Shown: in pieces, positions 38,943 through 50,943 of the stretch | Layout: each line of letters begins with the position of its first letter | Position numbering within the stretch: position 1 is the stretch's first letter | NCBI GenBank assembly: GCA_035084275.1 | Contig: CM068757.1 | Span: 12,214,001 to 12,278,000 of the forward strand | DNA from: Hydrolagus colliei | Taxonomy: Eukaryota | DNA: 64,000 nucleotides | Direction: 5' to 3' | Position numbers and translations under genes: made by a program | Notes under the pieces: generated by a model | What the model saw: the letters and a program-made list of their open reading frames with translations, nothing else | The model's database searches: none | Told to the model about the DNA's origin: nothing

Positions 38943-39484
38943 GTAAGAGAACAGCTTCAAATTAAGAGAAGACAGTTTCTCCCTTGCGATTCTCACGCCC
39001 GACAATCCCCAAAGTTAAAAAAAATTGGCCATTCAATCATCGCTGTTTATGGGATATTGCTGCATCCAGTCTGCCCCAAAAATACACAGTCACACCACTT
39101 TACAAGTGTGAAGCACTTTGAGATATCTCGACGTCGTGGTAAGACAATGTTCAAATGCCCTCCGTTCGACTGGTGCTGTCCTGCTCCATGTCCCTTTTCC
39201 CTTCAGAATTTCTGCCCCCACAACCTTTGTAACTCCAATCCCAGAGCCCCTCTGCCTCACGCCCCCTCCCTTGCCTCCTTCAAGGCCCCTCTCAAGACCC
39301 TCCTCTTTGATCATGCCTTCAGCCACTCTCCCCCCTCACCTCTAATGACCTCTTGATCCCAACCACTAGATTGCGTGCAAACCCTTAACTGTCCAGAGCC
39401 TTGGGACGTCCTCCCGAACTGAATGGCATTGTATAAACGTAACTTGTTCTTGTTGATGTTGATGTGGGTTTTCCTTGGCAGCAG

Positions 39485-39658
39485 ATGGCGATGGCCACGT
39501 GTATGATCTATTGAATGACGAGCTCCCAGATGTGGATCTGTCGGATGATGACAAAAAGAAAAACACAGAGCTGCTGGAGGAGGCCAAGAAGGTCAGCGAG
39601 AGGTTCCTGTCCCGCCGGAGCCGCCGGTCCAGACCCAGCCTGCCCGAGTCACCGACAG
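39485..39658 (+). CDS. IRAG1: IRAG1 exon with the PKG-Ibeta-interaction segment ([58 protein letters not shown])
   Basis: Strong similarity to IRAG1 [49 protein letters not shown]; tandem cag|cag acceptor (alternative start 39482); g|gtaggc donor. Confidence 0.95.
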
Positions 39659-40189
39659 GTAGGCAGAGAGTGGATTGCTTGGTGCCGGAAAAACCCTCAC
39701 CTCTGAGCCAGGAGGTTACGTGGGTTCAAGCCCCACAGAGTCAGGACTTTGAGAACACGAAGTGTTTGGTTTGGGGAGAGCCGCGTTGTGATTGTCTGTC
39801 TCAGCGCCTTCTCCGGTGGGGGGGTTTCATTGGCTCGTGAACCGGTGCCATGACAGGCGTGGGCAAAATGTGTTCATTAACGTGTCTGTTTAAGAAAATA
39901 TCGTGATCTGCAAAGCGGAGGGTATTTCAAAGCTTTTTTTTAGCTTGTGTGTGGGATGTTGCTGTGCGCAATTGGCTGCTGTGTTTCACCCTCCAAAATG
40001 CACGCTTTACACTATATTCTGTGAAGTGCTTTGGGACATCTCAACGACGTGATAAGGCTGCATATCAAATGCAAGCATTATTATTAAAGCATGCTTGAAT
40101 AACGAATGGGAACACATAATAATAATCCTTGCATGTAAGAATCCTGCACATTGGGCCTCTATGTGATCATCTCCTTTGGCTTGTTATAG

Positions 40190-40267
40190 CACTCACCCCA
40201 TCACTGAGCCCAAGATCTTCCTTGGACACATCACAGAGCCATTCAGTGACAGCACAGCACCAAACTG
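40190..40267 (+). CDS. IRAG1: IRAG1 exon (ALTPSLSPRSSLDTSQSHSVTAQHQT)
   Basis: ttatag acceptor and g|gtacgt donor; 78 nt, phase 1 to 1; resembles IRAG1 [21 protein letters not shown]. Confidence 0.85.
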
Positions 40268-41500
40268 GTACGTGAACAACAACCTCAGCACCCCTTGTGG
40301 TGTTGTATAAACGTAACTTGTTCTTGTTGATGTTGATGTGGGTTTTCCTTGGCAGGACACTACCCCATATGAGGGATGTTATATAAGTCATTGTTGTTGT
40401 GAGTGAGACTTCAGTAATGCGGTGGGGGAAACTAGTTCAGTCATGTCGTTCTGACAAGTTTCAGAGCTAGAGGGATTCTGATGGATATTCACTGCCCACG
40501 TGGCTTAACCACTCGTGCAGACACTGAGAAAGGTTTGCCAAGGTCCCAGCCTCGCTACAAGCAGCTTTAATTTCCAAGGAGCTTTTAAAGTAGTTATTGA
40601 CTCAACAAGGCGGCACTTCCATAGTATTTGACAAAGGTTCAGCAGAAAGATACAACCTACTTTGCATCACATGTAAGCACTTGCTATGTTATGAGCCGTG
40701 TGTGCACAGAGAGAATTGCAAGGGGGGGACCTTAATTGTGCAATTTACAGCCAATTAAACTTATTATAAATTATATAGCGTTATTTATGCAGATATTATG
40801 CAGATCCTGACTAAAGATTCCCCCGGCCCTCTCTCCCTTTCCTCCTCACTCAACTTCCGACCCTCGTACAGTACTGTGAAGCACTCCAAGACATTATCCT
40901 CACTGAAGGAGGTCATTTGAGTACAAATTGTAATTATTGATTTTGCAGGTGAGAAGGCCATGGTTTTACATGGTATAAATGAAGTGTGGAAGTGCTCAAG
41001 CACTTTGAGACAATGATCCACCCGACTTGAGAGGTGCTATCTCAATCACAATTATGTTGAATTGTGTTCATGGCGCACGTGCTTTCAACAGTTCTCCCTT
41101 TAGTAACGGAACGCAATTCATAAATACGTGGAGTCCTTAGCTCAGTGTTTAGAGCGCTCAACCTCGCAAGCGGGAGGACCTGGGTTCCCTGGCAGGAAGA
41201 AATGTTGGGCAAGTTTCCTTACCCCACACGCCTCTGTTTACCTAGCATTAAGTAGGAACCCATTTGTAAATCAATTGGCGGATCGCTTTCCCGGGATAAT
41301 AATCCCTTGATAAAAATTTGCTCAGTCAATCCACGACTGTTTGTGAGACACTGCTATCCACAATTGCCTGCCATGTTTAGCCCACAATATATACAATCAA
41401 TTCACTATACAGTCCATAAATTCAATGAAGCACTTTGGGATGTCTTGAACACATGAAGCATTACATCAACTGCAAGGATTATTATTATTATCATATTTAG

Positions 41501-41601
41501 GTTCTGAAGCATCGGCAGTGAACGGGACAGGTGTGTCCTTACCTTTGGGACAGGTGGGGGAGAAACCATTGCTGTCACCCAACCGAGACCAAGACATGAA
41601 G
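41501..41601 (+). CDS. IRAG1: IRAG1 exon (GSEASAVNGTGVSLPLGQVGEKPLLSPNRDQDMK)
   Basis: tttag acceptor and aag|gtaaag donor; phase 1 to 0, needed to join 40267 to 43105; sequence poorly conserved. Confidence 0.72.
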
Positions 41602-43104
41602 GTAAAGCAGCCTTGCGCTCGCGCCTGACCCTGTGCATAATCTCACCATGCGCGGGAAGGGCCAGAGTGTCGTTAGTATTGCGGAGGTGGTGGTTGTCAA
41701 AACAGCGTGGGTCCTACATTTGCGAATCCACCGATTTACTTCAGTTCAGTCCAGTCTGACGTCGAGTGGAAAGATTATGTTTTAGATGATGAGTGTGGAT
41801 CAGATAGGAGCTTTGGCAGGTACACTGTGGCCCTTTGATGGTGGGAAGCCTGTGGAACTGAAATGGCTCAGTTTCAAAGAGAGAAGAAGAACGAAACTCC
41901 AGTACAAAGACATTGGGTTCAGCATTGGAATGCGATCCCAAGCAGGTCCCACTATCAGGGAGAAAGTCCCCCTGACTCTAGATGTAGCTAGCTCCCATTT
42001 ACGTGGTCTCTCAAGAATGTCCAGAATTCCCAAGCTGGTTTCCTTCGGGAACTCGCAAGAGAAAAAAAATCAAACTTAAAGATAGGAATGCTTTCAACAA
42101 TTTGTGGACATTCTGGACGCTTTGAAACCCTTACATAAATAGAACGAGTCTCCAGTAATTAACGATTCGAAAAGGTTGCCAAGTTGCGGCCAGAATAGCG
42201 GGACTCAGTCTTTTTTTTTTAAAGTAGATAAATGACTGTGATGGCGGGATGATTGGGCGGATAAGATGAGACAAGCCAAAGAGGTCTTGCTGGTCCATAC
42301 CAATCTTGCGATCTTATGAAATCCATTTTGACTGATGATTTCCTTACTGGTTCTATTTCTGTGTGAAGTTGGTGACTTGGAAAGCTTAGTGCTAACGGGG
42401 CCCACTGATTTCTGTTGCTAGTTTGACTGCGCCGCCTCCTGTTGGTTGAATCATCTCCGCCTTCCACTTCCATCGATTGAGCAGCGAGCTTCACCCACTC
42501 ACAGACACACATGCACCAGGTTCCTCTGTTATCTGGTTCCCTGGCGGTGCCAGGAGATGACATTCCCACCCTCCTCCTACTTCCCTGATATCAACTGCGG
42601 TCAACTCTCGCTTCTCTCTCACTAGGCTCCCAACTCGGTCACTTTGCAGCGCTCTGAGACACTATTTCTGCTTGAAAGACGCCGTCTAAAAGTCCCAAGT
42701 TGTTGCTATTTTTGTCATCATTTTGTCAAAGTTCCTTTGTGACAAGTGAGGTTTTTGAGTCCTGTCGCGCTGTCCTCCTGAGTTCAGGGAAAATACATTT
42801 TCCTGGGTTTAGCTTGTACGGAATTTACTGCGCTCGCTCAGAAGTGACGCTGTCTTAATGAGGGTTTGTCGGCCGGAGCACTGCTAGCCGGAGTGATGAT
42901 GAGCAAGTGTTGGTGGAGCATTATCTTGAGGTGAGATGCCGTTCATTGATAGCGTTTGGAAGTTCCTTGGCAGAATGGAGGACAAAAAGCTAAATTTCCC
43001 AGCTAAGGTAGTGGTTTCTTGTTGCTTTTATTATCCTCCCGCTGTGAGTGTCGATGAACTGCAAGCTCCTTGAACGATTTTTTTTCTTTTGAACCGTTTA
43101 CTAG

Positions 43105-43638
43105 AAGCACCTCAGGAAACTCTCCCCAGCCAGAAACGTGCACGAAGCCAGGGAGGTGTCACCAGCTGCAAAGGTTTCCCTTCTGACAAAGCTAGTTCCC
43201 CTCGATCACAGAGAGATTCCTCAGCTTGTACCTGCTGCCCACAGTGATCCCACACCATTGAAAAACACCAGTGACCGGCTCAGAACAAACCTCGGCAGGG
43301 ATGCTAACGTGGCAGCGGACTTACCTTCGAGCAGGCCTGTCCAGCAGAAGGCAGTGGCGGTGGAGTGCAAAGTGCCCCAAGCCGCTCAGACCCCCTCCCG
43401 CTCCAAGACCCCCTGCAAAGCCGAGATCAAGTCGTTCAGCTCGCAGCCTCCTCTCCTGCGCGCTGTGTCGTGGGAGTGCGTGGAGCTCGACGACGGGCCC
43501 CCCTCACCGCCTGAGATGACCAAGGAAGCGTTTACGTTCGGTGAGGCGTCCATAGGAGGCTGCCCCGCGCCCCCCGCCTGCAGGGGACCCTCCCCGCAGC
43601 CCCATGGGAAGCTGCACAAACTGGCCAAGCTGCGAGAG
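43105..43638 (+). CDS. IRAG1: IRAG1 large central exon (KHLRKLSP...QPPLLRAVSWE...KLHKLAKLRE)
   Basis: Overlaps ORF 43138-43803; PPLLRAVSW and KLAKLRE match IRAG1 PPLLRGLSW and KLTKLRE; ctag acceptor, gag|gtacgt donor; 534 nt. Confidence 0.92.
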
Positions 43639-44879
43639 GTACGTGAGGCGTGTCGTCACAGGATGAGGCTGGGAGGAGGTGCACGGCGAGCACGGAGGTG
43701 CAGGGCTGTGGGGCGGATGTCAAGGTGTGGGGGGTGGCCGTCACCCAAATCTAACGCTCGGCACAGCTACGGGATGCGCAGAGCAAAGACTGGGCAGCGA
43801 TAAGCATGAGATTGTTTTTGGCTGATCCATGTCACCGGGCAGGCAAGGATATGGCATGTATAACCAACGCTGACACACCATCACATAACCCTGGATTGCT
43901 TCATTCGCTGTCGGCTTCAAAAAGAATAAAGGGGACGGGGTGGGGTTAAGTGTGGAGGGTGTGTGTAGGGGTGGATACGGGGCATAGTAAAAACCGAGGT
44001 TTTCCCACTCTGTTTCGCAGAAGCTCACAGAGGCTCACAGAGGAGAGAATGACGAGGGCATGCTTTTAACACCGCAGCTCTGAATGCTCACGCTTGATTG
44101 CTTCTATTTCCTTCTGCCATCGATGAATGTCTGTGGGAATCACCCTGGGATCTGCAGGGGATTGTAGTTGTGATGGAGCATGCTTGCTTGTTTGGGGGTT
44201 TTGCATGGAAACCTGCAATGAGATTATTTCGCTGCATTAACCGTCCGTTAGGAACGATGGATGGGATTGATCAGAAAACTGCTCTTCACCCGGGAAAGGG
44301 GTAACATAACAAAATGCATCATGGCTCAGAACTTAACAATTGACTTTGGTCACTGTTTATGGAACTCTCCTCCTCGATCCCTCCGCCTCAGCCCCTCTTT
44401 GTCCATCTTCGTATCGAAAGTGAAGACTTTCTTCTTCAACTGTATCCGCGGTCACCTCCTCTCTCTCCTGAGCTCAGCAACAAACTATACAATCTTGAAG
44501 CAGTCCGAGATGCTATGCCTCGCGAAGAGCGCTATATAAACGCAAATTGTTATTGTTGCTGTAAACTAGCCATCCAGCTGAAAACAGGTCTGATCTCCAG
44601 CTCACCAGTGTTGTGTGATCAGACTGACTTCCCATTCAATAAACCCACTGCTCCCGGTGTTATTCGGGCTTTGGCGAATGAGTTGTTACCTAGCCGGCCA
44701 AGCAACTGGAACAGTTGCCAGTGGCTTACATACCATGGGAATGATGGTTTGCTGCCTTTACAGTATTCCCTTCACTGTCCCACTTGACTGGGTGATTTGG
44801 TTCAGTCACTGCTTGCTCTTGCGCTTCGTCCACTGTGTTATTGAGATCAGTATAAAAGGCTCTGCTTCACTTCAACCAG

Positions 44880-44958
44880 GAGAACAAACTGATGCGGAAC
44901 CAGAACCTGTCTGGATTAAGGTTGCCGGATCTCAGCGAGTCAGCTGAACAAGAGAAAG
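44880..44958 (+). CDS. IRAG1: IRAG1 exon ([26 protein letters not shown])
   Basis: Near identity to IRAG1 [27 protein letters not shown]; ccag acceptor, g|gtgaga donor. Confidence 0.95.
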
Positions 44959-45353
44959 GTGAGAGGGCGTGAGGCACGGTTATTGTTTCTATACCACTCA
45001 GCCCTGCTCCATCCACTACCCTGCCCACCATACCTTCATCGCTCTGGCCTTCAGCCTCTCTGTCCCAACCTTTTGGAACTCCATCGGGGTGCCCTTCTCC
45101 CTGGCTTTCTTCAAGTCCTGTGTCAAGACCCTCTTCAAGTGCACCGTGTCACACTCGTACTCCCTGCGCTCCACCTCTCCTGATTCCAAACCCTCTCAGG
45201 TGCAAATCCTTAACAGTCCAGCGCTTACAGCCAATCCGCTGTACAGTCAAGCACTTTGAGACATGCTCCCGATGTGAAAAGCACTGTATCATGTCCAATC
45301 ATTATTATTATTATTTTTGATCTGTGAAAGTTAAAATGGTCTGTATTTTGAAG

Positions 45354-45474
45354 GTCCATCCCCTGCCCCCGGGACAGCAGCCAACAAGGAGAGCAAAGGT
45401 GATACGGACATCATGCCTAATATCCCTGACTCCCTGCTGCGGAAGCTGAAGGTTCACAGAACCCTGCCTGGAGG
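45354..45474 (+). CDS. IRAG1: IRAG1 exon (GPSPAPG...[22 protein letters not shown])
   Basis: Matches [22 protein letters not shown]; gaag acceptor, gg|gtaagg donor; phase 1 to 2. Confidence 0.95.
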
Positions 45475-45605
45475 GTAAGGAATTCCAGCTGTTCATTCTG
45501 CCGGCTCGCCACTTCCCATAACCTTTCAGCTGGGAGGGCCGTGAGTGGAAAAGGCCACAGTTTTGAGCCTTAGTGTTTATTTGTGTAGTTATTGAGTTCT
45601 GAAGT

Positions 45606-45945
45606 TCTCCTGACTCCCCCCTCTCCACTCCTCTCTCTTCTCCTCTGCTGTCTTCTCCTCTGCTCTCACTGATCTCCTCTCCTCTGCTCTCCTCTCTTCT
45701 CTCTTCTGCTCTCCCCACTCGCCTTCCCTGCTGCTCCTCACCTCTCCACTATATTCCTCTCCTCTATTCTCCTCTACTCTCTCCTCCACTATCTTCTCCC
45801 CCTCTCCTCCATCTTCCTTGGGACGTCTTCCCGACGTGAAAGGCGCTCTATAAATGTAATTATGTTGTTGTTGTTGCGTTCCTCTCCTCTACCATCCTCT
45901 CCTCTGACTTCCTCTCCTCTCCCTTTCCTCTATCCTCCTCTCTAC
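45606..45945. repeat. Degenerate (CTCCT/CTCTT)n polypyrimidine minisatellite, interrupted by an L2 tail
   Basis: Near-pure C/T composition read directly. Confidence 0.85.
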
Positions 45946-46473
45946 ATTCGGGGGATCCCAGTCTCCCAAACTGTCTGATTGGGCTCTCATCATGTTCCAG
46001 CCCATTATGCTGATTGTTGGAAAAGTAGACTATTGGAGATGGAAATGGGATCAACATACCAATGGATTTGTAACTCCTCAGGACACAGTCAAATTACACA
46101 CAATGCAGTACATTCACATTTACACAGCGCCTTTCACGTTCACATCTCACAGCTCCTCACACAGATGGTGGGGTGGGGGTGGGAGTGGGGGGAGGTGGGA
46201 GTGAGGGGAGAAATTGCCTTAAGGTAAACTTTGAAAGTGTGGAAGGAGAAAACCAAATAAAACAAAATCAAAATGACAAGTGTGGAAGGGGTGAGGAACA
46301 ATGGTTGCATGAAATTGGTCTTTTATTTTAATATCAAATAATTCCCTCTTGGGGGCAATGTAAGTTGCCACAGTTGCATAAGGAGGGAATTGTTGTTAGA
46401 ATGTACAAAGGGCTTGACTGTACAGTGTTCACAGGCACAGCTTGTCACAGTTTGTCTCTGCTTGTGTTTGCAG

Positions 46474-46504
46474 CGTTCCTCCTCTCACAGAGAAAGAGGT
46501 CGAG
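46474..46504 (+). CDS. IRAG1: IRAG1 31-nt exon (VPPLTEKEVE)
   Basis: Matches APPLTEKEVE; ttgcag acceptor, gag|gtgagt donor. Confidence 0.95.
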
Positions 46505-46637
46505 GTGAGTGTCTTTTGGTTCCAATTCAATCATCATACTTTCTCTGTGCGGCAAATTTGCTCTCTGTACTGTCTTTTCGATTTGATCTCTGTTCTGCAC
46601 TGTGGATTTGCTCTCTGTCCTTTACTGTACTGTACTA

Positions 46638-47012
46638 AAGTCCTGTAGTGTAGTGATTAGAGCTCTCACCTCACAAGTAAGGGGACCTGGCTTCGCTCTC
46701 TGGGCAGGATGAAACTTTAGTCAAGTTTCCTTACTCCACACGCCTCTGTTTATCTAACAGCAAATAGGAATCCGGTTGTTAGTTGATTGGCGAATCGCTT
46801 TCCTGGGGTAATTATACCTTCAAAAATAAAGTGGTCATTCACTCCATGGCTGTTTGTGGGACACTGCTGCGCGCAATTAACAGCCACGTTTTGCCCACAA
46901 AATATATGATCCCTCCACTTCACGCTATATCATGTGAAGTGCTTTGAGATGTCTCAATGACACGTGATCAGGTGCAATTGTAAATGCAAGGATGATGTTT
47001 GACATTATTATT
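46638..47012 (+). mobile_element. Full-length tRNA-derived SINE, long subfamily with an extra central block (cctctgtttacctagcagtaagtagg...). Other copies at about 5200-5530, 11062-11410, 13137-13495, 17230-17545(-), 19440-19760, 29547-29800 and 41127-41490
   Basis: Same head and tail as the short subfamily, plus about 60 nt of central insert. Confidence 0.9.
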
Positions 47013-48555
47013 AGGTTTGTTCTCTGCGCTGCACTAGGCTGGTAAGGGTTAACAAAAACCTCCACCAGAAATACAGGCGAAGTGAGTCCAAATATCTTGA
47101 GGCTGCATCAAAGGCGGCCTCGATGTCTCATGTGGGACAGTGGTGATGTGTGCATGTTTGGCCGCTGGTCAGAGCACACATTCCCAGCCTCAGCAAGGCC
47201 TGGCAGGGCATCTGACACCAGAACGCTTTCCGATCCCACAACAACCTTCGAACAAGCTCCAGGTTCCGAGCCGAAAGAAGCACATTTAATTCATACACAA
47301 TAAACCAGAAGTGGCTGGGAACACTCAGGAGGCAGGCAGGCAGGCAGCAGCGTCTATAGAGAGAGGGAAGTGAGTTAACGTTTCAGGTCGATGACTTATC
47401 GTCATCGAATTTCAGCTCTCATGTGCGCCCTCCAATCTCCACCACCCGCGATCCCCTCCCACCCACCACCCGGTGTGGAATAAAGCTCCAGTTTCAGCCC
47501 CTAAGGGAATCCCTCAACATCAGCCCATGTGACTGATAGCCTCCAACTCAGATACTTGTAGGAAAACTAGTCCCGTCCATATAATTGTTTTCCAAAGGAA
47601 AGTCTCCCGAGCTCTTGTAATGTTTTTTTAAAAATAATAATAACTAACAGTAATAATCCTTACATTTGATATATGTCTTCTAGACGTCTGAAACGCTTCA
47701 CAGTATATACTGTAAAGTGTATTGACTGTATACCTGTAGGCAAAACGCGGCAGCCAATTGCATACAGCAGTGTCTGCATAAATTTATTTTAAAAAGGTTT
47801 TAGACAGAATGCTCAATCAACCCTTCGTCTAACTTTCGGTTTGAAACCCATGGAAACCCATTACTGAACCAAACTGCGGGGAGTTACACAACCGGATTCC
47901 ATCGGGAACTTCTGTTTGGCTGGAACGGAAGCACTTCGTTGGATCAATGGATCGTCCACGTCACGACTGTTTGTGGAGCATCGCTGGCTGCATCTTGGCT
48001 GCTGCCGGACTTGCCGACAAAACGCACAGTCACTGATAACCCACAGTAACACATCCTGTCCGACTATTTTGGAGACGTCTTGAGGATGCAATTGAGAGTG
48101 TGTGTCAACTGCGAGAATTAATGTGTCGAAATTGGATTGGTTTCGCCCACAAATATACAGTCAATTTTTCTACTGTCCTTCCCCCTACCCCGACTACTCC
48201 CCACCTGCTCTAGTCCCCACCTGACTGTTCAGCGCCATGGGACGTCCTCCCAATGTGAAACGCGCTATATAAATGTAATTTTGTTTGATTGATTGGTTTG
48301 GGTTTGCTTCACCGGGTTTTGTGGTGGTGGAGGGTGGGGGAGGAAGGGGGCAGGAGAATAGAGGGAGGGTTTTCCGGGAGGAAACAGCAGATAGTCATGA
48401 AGCAGAGGGAATTAATCGGGGCCTGATTTTAACCGTGACTCTTGCCTTACAGGGATGTGAAGGGAACTATATAATGCAAGTTGTTGTTGTTACCCACTTA
48501 CGGCCTGTTCTGTTGACACCCCTCCCAACGTTGTTTTGTTTCTGTTGATCCACAG

Positions 48556-48696
48556 AACACGTTTATTCAGTTGTCGCTGGCGTTCAAGAATGACAGCTAC
48601 ACACTGGAGGCTCGGCTCCACCTGGCAGAGAGGGAGAGAAACCTGACTGAGGACAATACTGAGAAGGAGCTGGAGAACTTCTCCACTGAGCTGAAG
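48556..48696 (+). CDS. IRAG1: IRAG1 coiled-coil exon ([47 protein letters not shown])
   Basis: Hallmark MRVI1-family domain sequence; cacag acceptor, aag|gtgagg donor. Confidence 0.97.
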
Positions 48697-49470
48697 GTGA
48701 GGGGATTACAAAGAGGAGCTCATGGGGCTTGGGGGGTTGGGGGGGCAAATGCTTTGAGATGTTCTTCCAATGTTAAGGATTGTTAAATACAATATTAAAA
48801 GTAAGGACTATATTATTATCATTATTGCTTCATTCTCTGGCACCTCCCTTCCTTTCCATCAGTACTCACGCTTTCAGCCACTATGCCCTGAAGCTTTGGC
48901 ACTCCCTCCCCCATTCCCCCCACTTTGCCCCCTCCTTCCTCTCTTTCAAATCACAACTGAAGACCTTCCTCTTCAATCATGCTTACGAGCACCTCCTCCC
49001 TCCCCCGACCTCAGTGTCACTGGTAAGCGCTCCGAGACTCTGACCTGCAGGGGGCACAAGTTGTTGTTGTGTTAGATGAAGCGTTGTGGTGGTGAGATGA
49101 ATGGAATAGAGGGAGTCAGAAGAAGAGGTTATAAAGGTGCAGTTGCTGTGAACACCAGTTCCTTTTGCCTGAGAAAGATGATTGACTTCCCTTGTTTTAT
49201 TCTCAGATGTTGGTTTCCTTGTATCAAATGCAAGGATTTCTAGATTCCAGCAATCTATCTCTGGGATTTCCCTGCGTAGGTAGGATACATGGCATTCTCA
49301 GTTTAGTTTGGATACTCTTAAGCACAGTGACGAGTTTACACACGTCAGACACATGTCCCCTTATCCCTCATTCCCCCACCACCCCCCTGCCGCTGCTCTC
49401 ACTAACATTATTATTTCTATTAGTATTGTTAAATTCCCTTTTTTCTCTTTTTTATTGATGTATATTCCAG

Positions 49471-49602
49471 TCTTCCACCACTCTCTGGCAACGGCCTGAT
49501 CACCGGGACGCTTACCAGCGGCTGCTGGAGACCATCTCTGTGCTGCACCGCTTGGCTGAGAGGCTCTCGAGCCGAGCTGAAATGGTCGGAGCCGTGCGTC
49601 AG
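49471..49602 (+). CDS. IRAG1: IRAG1 coiled-coil exon ([44 protein letters not shown])
   Basis: Matches [44 protein letters not shown]; ccag acceptor, cag|gtgaga donor. Confidence 0.97.
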
Positions 49603-49689
49603 GTGAGAACCATTCCACCCTGAGGTTTTACTTGGTGAGGATCGAGGTCAGCGGTGTCCAGCTTGCAAAGCTCATTTGATAATCCACTA

Positions 49690-50110
49690 GTCAGCCTGAC
49701 TCAGTTACTAGCCCTGCTACCTCTGGGACAGATAGTCGTGCGTTCAAGCCTTACTTTCGGTCTAGTTGTTGGGTACTGAGGGAGCGCTGCATTGTCGGAG
49801 GTGCTGTCCTTCGAGTGAGGTGTTCATCCGAGGACCCGTCCACACATTCGGGTCAATGTTTAATGATCCCACAGCTCAAATCGAAAGCAGAACCATTTTT
49901 TCTCTCTCTCCTGATCTCCCCTGGCCAACAGTCCTCTAAATAAAATCGATAATTTTTGGTCTGTAGCTGTTTGTGGGACTTCGCTGCATTTCAATTGGCT
50001 GCCGGGTTCACCCACAAAACACAGTCGTTCTGCTTTACGGGAACGTTCTGCCTCACGCTTCGGGATGTCCTCCCAGCGACGCGAGAGACACTGTAGCAGG
50101 CGCCAAGATT
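49690..50110 (+). mobile_element. Old DeuSINE-like (SacSINE1/AmnSINE1-type) element. Fragments also at about 3440-3600, 6720-6880(-), 11460-11600, 15520-15710(-) and 28990-29080
   Basis: tRNA-like head, then gagcgctgcattgtcggaggtgctgtccttcg...ccgagg...gatccca (Deu-domain-like, recognised from memory), and a 3' region shared with the abundant SINE. Confidence 0.7.
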
Positions 50111-50142
50111 GTTACTGTGGGGATTATGGTTTCCCATTGCAG

Positions 50143-50296
50143 GAAAAGCGCATGTCCAAGGCCACGGAGGTGATGATGCAGTACGTGGAGAACCTCAAGA
50201 GGACGTACGAGAAAGATCACGCAGAGCTAACCGAGTATAAAAAACTGGCCAATCAGAACTCAAACCGCACCTATGGCTCGTATGGAGAGAACGGCG
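50143..50296 (+). CDS. IRAG1: IRAG1 exon ([51 protein letters not shown])
   Basis: Near identity to mammalian IRAG1, which distinguishes it from IRAG2/LRMP; ttgcag acceptor, g|gtaggg donor. Confidence 0.97.
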
Positions 50297-50943
50297 GTAG
50301 GGTCCGTGCCCCCTCTGGCTCACTTTACCATTTGCGAGGGTGGTTGGGGGATGGTTAGAGGGGCTGTGTGGTGGGGCAGGTGGGGGAGAGCAGTGAGAGA
50401 GGGGGAGAGAGAGAGATGATTTCAAATTTAATAGCTGATTTCAAATTGAATGCAAAAGCAGCGCTGTGTCCAGATGTGGGCCAACAATGTTAGGTAGTTC
50501 CCCAAAGCACCGTGGCTCAAGCTCTCCAGGGTACTAGCCCAGGGGGAAGGCGCTGTATCAATACAATGTTGTCGCTGTTGTGATAGTTCACACAGAATCT
50601 GATTGCTGAGCCATGTTGGTGAATCTCAAGTGTGGTCATGCCTTCTTGCTGGCTTTTATACATGATGTGCCAAGAGTTTGTCACAGTCATATAGCCCCAT
50701 TGCACTTGAACACACACACACGCGCGCACACACACAAACAACACACACACATACAAACAATACACACACATACAAGCAACACACACACACAGACAACACA
50801 CATTATTAGATAGAAGAGGGGAGAGGGAGTAAGACGCATGAGATCGAGGGAGTGAGATCAAGAGGTTACAAAGGCACAGCTACTGTTAACACCAGTTTCA
50901 TTACTTGAGAGAGATGCAATTGACTCTCCCAATTTTTTCTCAG

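Noticed and set aside
48556-50296. Alternative identity as IRAG2/LRMP, given the KASH-like tail and long N-terminus
   Set aside because: The PKG-binding exon, [36 protein letters not shown] and RTARSMSLTLGK are IRAG1-type. A phylogeny would confirm this.
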